Assembly: GCF_009914755.1 (NCBI RefSeq) | Contig: NC_060946.1 | Length of the DNA: 64,000 nt | Direction: 5' to 3' (one strand) | DNA from: the human T2T-CHM13v2.0 reference genome, Homo sapiens | In this document: one piece after another, positions 55,396 through 64,000 of the stretch | How positions within the stretch are numbered: position 1 is the stretch's first letter | Layout of the letters: each line of letters begins with the position of its first letter | Notes under the pieces: generated by a model | The model's database searches: none | Seen by the model: the letters and a program-made list of their open reading frames with translations, nothing else | Told to the model about the DNA's origin: nothing | Position numbers and translations under genes: made by a program

Positions 55396-56173
55396 GCTGC
55401 AGAGGAGACTCGCGGGGAGCACCCGAGGAGCCAGGGGGCGGGGGCCATCGCAGGCACCATAGGGCCTCCCCTGTCCAGGCAGACCTGCCACACAGGAGCT
55501 GTCCCCACAGGGGATCCTCATCTGCCTCCAGAGCTCCACCCTGGGCGAGAGGCACCTGAGAGGCCCACCTGGGAGGGAAGGGGCAGGGGGTCCCAGAGCC
55601 CCCTTGGGGTTTCTACATCCATCCCGTTCTTTCTTCTCTTTAGATGGAAAAGGGAGGAGAGAGGGTGTTCTGGGCTCTGTGCACCAGGTGACTGATTGGT
55701 CGTTTTTCCTGCTTTCTCTCTAGTCACCCTCCAAACCTCCCAAGAGGGCACCGCCAGGAATCCCCAGCTGCAGACAGAGGGCTGGCGGCTCCCTGGGCTC
55801 CAGAGATCTTCGCACATCCCTGCTCTGCCAGGGCTCCCACCTTGCAGACAGGAGAAGGTGGCTGAGGCCCAGCCAGAGCCCCCCACAGCCTCGCAGCGGA
55901 TAGCTAAAGAGGAAGCCTGGCTCAGCTACGCCTGGAGTCCGCCAAGAAGGGACAGCGCTCAATGGTAGAATGACACATGGGTGCTCTAACAGATTCCCGT
56001 TTTGTGAAGATGGACAAGCTCTAAGCAGGAGGACTTACAGGAGGTCAGCGGCTGGTGGCCCTGGCAGGGCTATCATGGACCTGTTCCATGAAGAAAGAGA
56101 CACAGATCTCTCTGTGGAAAGGTGCAGGCTCTGCTGCAGGAGGAAAATGGCAACAAGAAGCCCAGTTGGTGAG

Positions 56174-56591
56174 TTGATGGGACTCCGTGCAGCCATCTCG
56201 CGTGGCCACCGTGAAGTATGGACCAGCCCAGGTGAGTGTTTAATTGATGGGACTCTGTGCAGCCATCTCGCGTGGCCACCGTGAAGTATGGACCAGCCCA
56301 GGTGAGTGTTTAGTTGATGGGACTCTGTGCAGCCATCTCGCGTGGCCACCGTGAAGTATGGACCAGCCCAGGTGAGTGTTTAATTGATGGGACTCTGTGC
56401 AGCCATCTCGCGTGGCCACCGTGAAGTATGGACAAGCCCAGGGGAGGGTTTAGTTGATGGGACTCCATGCAGCTCTCATGCGTGGCCACCGTGAAGTATG
56501 GACCAGCCCAGGTGAGTGTTTAGTTGATGGGACTCTGTGCAGCCATCTCGCGTAGCCACCGTGAAGTATGGACCAGCCCAGGGGAGGGTTT
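56174..56591. repeat. 70-bp VNTR x6
   Basis: ttgatgggact recurs at 56174, 56244, 56314, 56384, 56454, 56524. Confidence 0.98.
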
Positions 56592-57655
56592 CAGGTCCGG
56601 AGATCTCAGTTGAGAGCATCACTGCTCCAGAAAATGACCACAGTGTCATTCTGAGCTCACCGAGGTATCTGTGGACACCAGGCCCCATGGGCGTGCTAGA
56701 AAATGGGTTCTGGAGCCCAGGTGGACACCGTTTCCATCTCAGATCTTTGGTCCTCAGCACCTGTCTGCTCCGACGTGGAGGTATCAGCTCCCTGCATCTT
56801 ACTGAGACACAGGAGCCAGAAGGGTCCCGAGGTTGTCATCATGGTGCTCTCCCCAAGTGCCTCCCAGCTTTGTGTGAGATTGTGGGGGCACATGGCTTCA
56901 GGAGGTGGGAAATGGAACAGACACCTGCAGAGTCTGACGGGGCGCTGAGCTCCTTCCCTGCTCTGCTGAGACAGGCTCGGGCCTCATCTGTTATTGGCCA
57001 AGGGAAGCAAGGAACCAGGGCAGGTGTGAGGTGTGCACCAGAGGCACCCCTTGAGTTAGGGACGAAAGTCTGGCAGGGCCTGGAGCTACTGCGTGTTTAA
57101 TCTCGGTGCATGGGTGTCTGCAGGAGCAGAGGGCCCGTCCCAGCGCCGGATCTGTGGTCTGTCCCTGGCTTTCTCCTGGGCATCCTGGAGACGCACAGCT
57201 CCCGGCTGTGGCTGTGGTCTTCTCCCTCTGTCCTTGGGTCCCTCCGCAGCTGCAGACTGGGTTAACCTTGAGAATGGACAGTGGTGGCCTGGCCGCTGAG
57301 TGACAGCCAGGAAAGAGCAAATATTGACTCCTCACCTCAGGAAAGGGGCTGACGTTCCTTCCGCAGGCGCACACTGACCTTGCTTCCACGGGAATCGATA
57401 GAAACCTCTCGAGTCGATAAATCTTAATGTTCCTTTCAACAGAAATCCATGCACCTCACTATTGTTACTTTTCTGGAATGGCGGGCAGGAGCAGGCCTGG
57501 GCCTGCGCCAGTGATCAGAGGGTGGTTTAGCCTCAAAGCTTCATCAGACCCTCCTGACTGAGACGACTAAAGACCCGTCCCCTCAGAGGGTGCTGATAGC
57601 CCCCCTGCAACTATTCACAGCCCACTGGGCCCACCCCTAACCCACCTCCTGCCTA

Positions 57656-58626
57656 CAGGAACAGCATGGGGAGAGAGAGATGGAAAAGCCACACCCTGTC
57701 CCCTGCCTGGGGCAGAATCCCTCTTGTCTGCCAGGCAGGTGACTTGACGCATCCTTTGAGGGAGCTTTGAGGAATAGGACAAACCCTCACTGTGGAAGGC
57801 CAGAGGGTCCCCTCTCCTCCCTGGAACGATCCCCCAGCTCCATCTGCAGATCCTCCCCTAGCACAGCCCAGAAGCTGAGAACTGGAGCCCCCAGGATACA
57901 GTGGGAGGGATAGGGGTCCTGGGGCTCAAGAGGTCCTGGGACTCAGAACAGGCTGGCAGGAATTCAAGCATCTCTAAGAAGGAAGTTGAGGAGGCCTGGC
58001 GTTCCTGGAATGTGGGTTTGTGGTCCTTAAACGCATCCTTCATATTTAAAAATACCCCTTCCTCTCCCACCCCTGTCCGAGCAGCTCTAGATCCTGCTGG
58101 CCAGCCACTTCCTCAGATGAGTTCACTGAAAGCAGGAGTCGTCCTCCCATCCATGCACCTCTGAAGCCCAAGGACTTTCAGTGACTTTAGCCAGAGACTT
58201 GGGCAGCCACAACTCCTCTAGTGCTGATATGGTTAGGTTTCCTATCTCACCCAAATCTCATATTGAACTGCAATCCCCGTAATCTCTACGTGTCAAGGGA
58301 GAGACCAGGTGGAGGGAACTGAATCCTAGGGACGGTTTCCCCCATGCTCTTCTCATGATAGTGAGGGAGTTCTCATGAGATCTGATGGTTTCGTAAGGGG
58401 CTCTTCCCCCTTCACTTAGCACTTCTCCTTCCTGCATCCTTGTGAAGAAGGTGCTTGCTTCCCCTTCGCCTTCCACCATGATTGTAAGTTTCCTGAGGCC
58501 TCCCCAGCCTTGCTGAACTGTGGATCCATTAAACCTCTTTCCTTTATAAATTATTCAGTCTTGGGCGGTTCTTTATAGCAGTATGAAAGGGACTAATACA
58601 AGGGCCAAAGGGAGGCAAGGCTCATT
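57656..58626 (-). repeat. Inverted duplication B, right arm
   Basis: Reverse complement of 45843-46799. Confidence 0.97.
58225..58600 (+). mobile_element. THE1 MaLR solo LTR, copy 2
   Basis: tgatatggtt...gactaataca; TSD agtgc/agggc. Confidence 0.95.
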
Positions 58627-59554
58627 GGTTTGGGTCTCATCACGCCCCCGTGTTCTCACCCCTGCTGTGTGAGCACGGAGGAGTCTGTCTTCCAGCTTGA
58701 GCTGGGCCTGCTGGGGATGGGCATGGGGCCCACATAACCCAGGACCTGGATCTGCTCTGAAAGAAAGGGGACAGGTTGCTCAGAGTGACTCTGCCCAGCT
58801 GTTAACTAGCCAGTACAGACATATGACACAGCCCAGTAGCGGGGAACATGGACAGCTGCCCATCGGGACCATAGCCCAGTCACCCCACTGTGCTGGCCTC
58901 TCCTCCTCTGATAGCACACGGCCCCTCTGGGCAACAAGAAGACAGAGGTGGCTCAAGCCTGGCCAGCTGGACCCCTTCCTAGAGAGTGAGGCTCCCTGGC
59001 CTCTCCCTGGCCAGAGACTGGAAAGCATGAATATGGTCTCATGGAGAAAAGCAGGTGCAGTGGAGAAAAGTGAATCCCCGAACAGAGACACAGACATGAG
59101 AGTGCATGGAGGGAGGGACACAGAGGCTGAGCTGAGCTGGCAGGGCTGTGTGGGCTGGCAGTCCCCTTTTTACTCCAACAGAATCATGGACTGCTTTGGG
59201 TCTCCCTCACTACCAAAGTGGGGGTAGGATTTTGCCACTTGGGGGTGGGGAGGGTGGTGGAGAGCAGGAGACTGGGGCTGCCCTCTGCCATGGCAGGTTC
59301 AGCCACAGCACCTGCAGGAGCAGAGGCAAGAGGAGCTTGAGGTGAGGAGCCACCAAGGAGCAGAAGGGATCAGGGAGCACTTGGCACATCCCTCTATCAC
59401 TTCCAAGAACTGGTTCTGCTGCCCTGGTCACCAGGAGCCCCTCTTGCCACAGCAAAGGTTGCAAGAGCCATCTCAGGACCAAACGTGTTTGTGCATACCT
59501 TTGAGCCTGTGCATGTTAGGTTTCTAAATTGTGCCTTTCCACTCACATTGCTTA

Positions 59555-59830
59555 ATCTGGGAGCTGAAGGATGGATAGGCATCAGGTGAAGAGGAAGGGA
59601 AATGCATTCAAGAGGGAGGAACCACCAAGAACCCAGGGACCACCAGCAATGGCAGCAAAGGGGGAGCAGCAGGAGGTGAGATGAGTCAGAAAGGAAGCAT
59701 CAGCTCATTCAAAGCTTTGAGGCTTTGCATGGAGGGTGAGCTTGGTTGGTTGTGAGTCAGAGCCTGAGAAGTGGTCTGTGGGGGAGTGAAATGAGAAGCA
59801 GGTCTTCATGAAAGACCACTCTGGTGAGTG
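59555..59830 (-). mobile_element. L2 fragment
   Basis: 'gagctgaaggatggataggc...gaaagaccactctgg'. Confidence 0.55.
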
Positions 59831-59966
59831 GGAAACTTGGAGATCAAATGTGGAAGGGGGAACAATGTGGGAGTGGACTTGGCTGGGGCAAAGGCCCCAT
59901 ATTCTGCTCCCTACAAGATCCTCCGGGGGAAAGATGCCATAGTTCTCTGCACAAAGGAGAACCAGC

Positions 59967-60415
59967 TATCCATCCATCCATCCATCCATCTACTCATCCA
60001 TCTACACATCCATTCACTCATCCATCCATCCATCCACTTATCCGCCCATCCATCCATCCACCCACCCACCCATCCATCCATCCATCTACCCACTCATCCT
60101 CTACTCAGCTATTCATCCATCCATGCATTCACCCATCATCCATCCATGCATTCACCCATCCATTCATCCATCTATCCATTATTCATCCACCCATCCATCC
60201 ATCCATCATCTACCCACCCAACAACCCACCAGTCTACCTATCCATTCATCCATCAACCCATCCTTCCATCCATCCCCTCATCTGTCCATGTACTCAATCA
60301 TCCATCTGTCCATCCATCCATCCATCCATCCATCCATCCATTTATCCATCCATCCATCATTCATCTACCCATCCATCCAAGCATCCACTTATCCACTCAT
60401 TTCTTCCTTCCTTCC
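59967..60415. repeat. (CCAT)n-rich simple repeat
   Basis: Direct reading; adjoins an L2-like antisense piece at ~60415-60620. Confidence 0.95.
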
Positions 60416-62600
60416 TCAACTCTGTTCTATGCCACACTCTGGAACCGGTGTTTCAGAGGCTATAGATGCTGCAGGTATCAAAGAAGAAAGGGTCTTGCCC
60501 TCTGGGACCTTTATTCTGTTGGAGAAGCAAAATAATAAATAAGTAAGCACATTAAAAAACAACAACACTTCCCTATGTGGTTGTTGTATGAAGCTGAAAA
60601 TGGAGTGGCCTGAGGCCTATTGGCTGGAGGGCCTTGCAGGGTCCACTGTGGGCTGAGGGTGTGAGACACCATGAGAGGTGATGGGCAGGGACCCAGCCTC
60701 ACAGACATGGCCATGAGCCACCCCATTCACATGTCTCATGACGAGGGCAGGGTTTCCGTGGGATTGGGAGCCTGTCCGCTTTATTTGTAAGAGAAGTCAG
60801 GCATGCCCATTCCTCTTCTGTGGCTGGAGTCAGCAGGGACAGTCTGAGGACTTGGGCCATGAGCTGCCACTGCCTGGAAAGGCTTGAGTAGATGAGGGCT
60901 TCCTGGCCCATGGCAGATGGGTGGGGATGTCCTATAGACAGGTGATGGCTGGCCCCAGAAGAGCAAAGCTGCTGTCCAACCGAGGGGACTGCTCACAGGG
61001 AGCCACCCTGGACCAGGCCTCAGTCACTGTGTGCCGGAACCCTCTCTCCTTGATATTTCATCCAGGGGGCCTTCGTGGGGCCTTTGTGAGCCCCTCGGCG
61101 TTCTGACACAGTGCTGAGATTAATGCCATAAACTGGTGACAAGGAGAAGAGAACAGGGCCTGGACTTCACTGCAAAGGGCCCTGTGCCCTAGCGTGTGTG
61201 TCTATGTGCAGGGAGTGCATGCATATATTACAAGACACTGCCACACCCCCACCCTGTGTTACCTGTCCATCTGGCACACAGGCACAAGGGCTGAGTGACC
61301 CCACAGCTTCCTCTTTAGCTGCTGCCCAGGTGGGAAGAGGCCCGCGCCAGCTGGGACCCTGAGAAGGATGTGGCTCTTCTGGTCTAGCAGGGCAGAACCT
61401 CCCCTCTATGGAGCCCTGCTTGCAGCAGACGGACAGTGGCCTCGTGCAGCAGGGACAGCTTGGCCTTGCACACCACGCCTGTGGGAGTGCACACTTACGG
61501 GCGCTTGCTGCTCAAGTGGGAAATTCAAGCTGGAGGGTGACGCAGGTGGCCCAGCAGGAGCCCTGGTAGGGAGCCCACCCCACCATAGTCTTGACAGGAG
61601 CAGGCGTTTGTCTGGGGGACTCCGGTTGGAGAGATGGCCTCAGGCCCTGGACAGGGCTGCCTGTCCCCTGAGTGCATGAGGAAGAATTTAATATTGGCTG
61701 GGACACAAATGATGGCCCCAGTGATTAGGATGCCATCCATCTCAATATAGCAACCATTATATCAGTGATTACCATCATCGTTATAAGTTCATGATTTATG
61801 GAGTTTGTGATGATTATTTTTGTAATGTTAAGTTAGAAGAATTTTTGGCAATAGATCAATTTGAAAGAAACTGAAATACAGTTTTTAAGTGAGGAGCTTG
61901 GCTGAATTAAACAACAAAGTGTGTGTGAGCGTTTTTGCGAGTATGTGTGTGCCTGGGCATGTCCCTCGTCCTGAGCCTGACCAAGAACCAGCTCCATGAA
62001 AGTGGACTTAGAGGCTTAGGGTAGGGCTGGGGTGTCATTTGACTCCCAAACTCTTGGAGAGAATTGACTAACATCAGATTGAGGTTCAGATATTGGGTCC
62101 CAAAAATGTCCCCAAGGACTGTGAGGTCCTGGCACTGCCCCACAGGAAATTATGGGCACAGGACAGAACTCTGCTCCTAGGGCTATGGCTGCCTCTAGAC
62201 CAGGAGCTCTACAGGAGGGACAGTGACAAGGTCCCATGAATGTGGTTTGCAAGATGGCCTCAGGCCTGCTGTGTGAGTGTGTCTGAGAACAGCAGTGACT
62301 GAGCATTCCGTCCTTCCTGCCTCTTCCTACAGTGGTGAGTTTTCCTCTCTCCTCCCTCTGGCCAGGCTTTCCATGCCCGCGCTGCCTTCCGCCTCCGCTG
62401 CCTGGCCTTTGACACCCAGTGGCCATGTTGGGCTGTCCTCCTCCTCTCTAGCTGTGCCTTCTGTCCTGTGGGCTCATCCTCTGTCTGGCCACAGGGTGAT
62501 GGGTCTGCTCAAGGACAAGGTGCCCTCTTTCTTTATGCCACCCCCATGCCCCATCTGCGTGGTGCCATTTGTACCTGTGGCCTTTTGGGACCCGTGTAGA

Positions 62601-63150
62601 TAGCTCCGACCTTCCCACCCTGGCTCCTACCCATCCCTGAGCTCCATACTCAGCTCCGACCTTCCCACCCCAGCAACTACCCATCCCTGAGCTCCATGCT
62701 CAGCTCCGACCTTCCCACCCCGGCTCCTACCCATCCCTGAGCTCCATGCTCAGCTCCGAGCTTCCCGCCCCAGCTGCTACCCATCCCTGAGCTCCATACT
62801 CAGCTCCGACCTTCCCACCCCGGCTCCTACCCATCCCTGAGCTCCATGTTCAGCTCCAAGCTTCCCACCCCAGCTGCTACCCATCCCTGAGCTCCATACT
62901 CAGCTCCGACCTTCCCACCCCGGCTCCTACCCATCCCTGAGCTCCACGCTCAGCTCCGAGCTTCCCACCCCAGCTGCTACCCATCCCTGAGCTCCACGCT
63001 CAGCTCCGACCTTCCCACCCCGGCTCCTACCCATCCCTGAGCTCCATGCTCAGCTCCGACCTTCCCACCCCGGCTCCTACCCATCCCTGAGCTCCATGCT
63101 CAGCTCCGACCTTCCCACCCCGGCTCCTACCCATCCCTGAGCTCCATGCT
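62601..63150. repeat. 50-bp VNTR x11
   Basis: cagctccgaccttcccaccccggctcctacccatccctgagctccatgct every 50 bp. Confidence 0.98.
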
Positions 63151-63790
63151 CTCTCTCTGTCCATCCACCTGTCACAGCACCCGGCCCTGGCTCCACCTCA
63201 CCCAGCTCAGACCCTCTGCTCTATCTGGGAACGGCACCACCACCATCCTGCAGATGATGCCAGAAACCCCAGGCCATCCCTGGCCCTTCCCAAATCCTTC
63301 CCCTCTCCAAAGTCAGTCTAGCACCAAGGTTGACCAGTTCCGTGCCCGGGGCCATCTTTCTGAAGATTGAGTCACCTGCCACCAGCACCTTGCTCTGTCC
63401 ACTCCAGCCCCCGGGTCCGCATCCAACAGGACTCTGAGGAAACCCGTCCTGAACCACCAATGTTTTCACATCCCCTCTTTGTTCACACAGCCTTCAGCTT
63501 TTAAAGTCACCTTGTCACAGAAGCCTTTTCTGGTGTCTCAGATGAGGTCAGGCAGGGGTCATGCAGGTGATAGCTAGGGGTCAAATGCTCAGGTAGGGAG
63601 CCTCATACAACCGAGTTTCTCTCCTGAACAAAGCATGCTACAGTTGCAATTTCACACTTGTTCTTATGTATTTGAATAATTCCAGTTTATCCCACCATAG
63701 TGTATACTCCGTGAGGTTGGAGATTACATAAGTTTTCAAACATTGCTGTTTTCTCATTGCTTAACATACGGCCTGCCCATAAGTGTCTCT
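63151..63790 (+). mobile_element. L2 fragment
   Basis: 'ggcaccaccaccatcc..ccagaaacc..gccatcc', 'tcacagaagccttttctg', 'acggcctgcccataagtgtctc'. Confidence 0.6.
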
Positions 63791-64000
63791 CCATCTATCT
63801 GTCCCTCCCATCCTCCATCATCCATCCAACCATCCTTCCCTCCCACCCTCCATCATTCATCCATCTGTCCTTCCTACCCTCCATCATCCATTCATCCATT
63901 CATCCCTCCTGCCCTCCATCATCTATCCATCCATCCCTCCCACTTTTCATCAGCCATCCATCCATCTCTCCCACCATCCATCCATCCATCCATCCATCTT
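63791..64000. repeat. (CCAT)n-rich simple repeat (L2 tail-derived), runs off the window
   Basis: Direct reading. Confidence 0.92.

Noticed and set aside
54881-55559. Glu/Gly-, Pro/Ser- and Leu/Thr-rich ORFs resembling RPGR ORF15-type acidic repeats
   Set aside because: VNTR artefact; open in most frames with no flanking coding context
59824-60542. HPSI-repeat ORFs over 200 aa
   Set aside because: (CCAT)n translation
56174-63150. Regularly spaced 70-bp and 50-bp arrays as CRISPR-like
   Set aside because: Whole units repeat with no unique spacers; eukaryotic VNTRs

Overview
Primate (human-like) non-coding genomic DNA with a GC-rich background. It contains Alu, L1, L2, MIR, MaLR/ERV LTRs, Tigger/hAT DNA transposons and many VNTRs. 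I recognise no host protein-coding exon, tRNA or rRNA. The long ORFs come from low-complexity sequence, Alus or chance; the only recognisable coding relic is a disrupted Tigger1 transposase, plus faint old-L1 ORF traces. An AT-rich block at ~14-24 kb is a decayed antisense L1M carrying nested younger elements. The most notable structure is not genic. (1) Two local inverted duplications: ~0.96-kb arms around a ~10.9-kb spacer with an identity gradient suggesting gene conversion or inversion, and ~0.4-kb arms around ~1.8 kb. (2) At least three fold-back/template-switch scars, one with its ancestral state preserved in the paralogous arm. (3) A 70-bp VNTR that repeats a consensus 5' splice donor. 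(4) Several non-repetitive islands rich in Pbx-Hox/Meis/POU/RFX motifs that look like developmental enhancers. Repeat family names come from my recollection of consensus sequences and need RepeatMasker/Dfam confirmation; the chromosomal locus was not determined.
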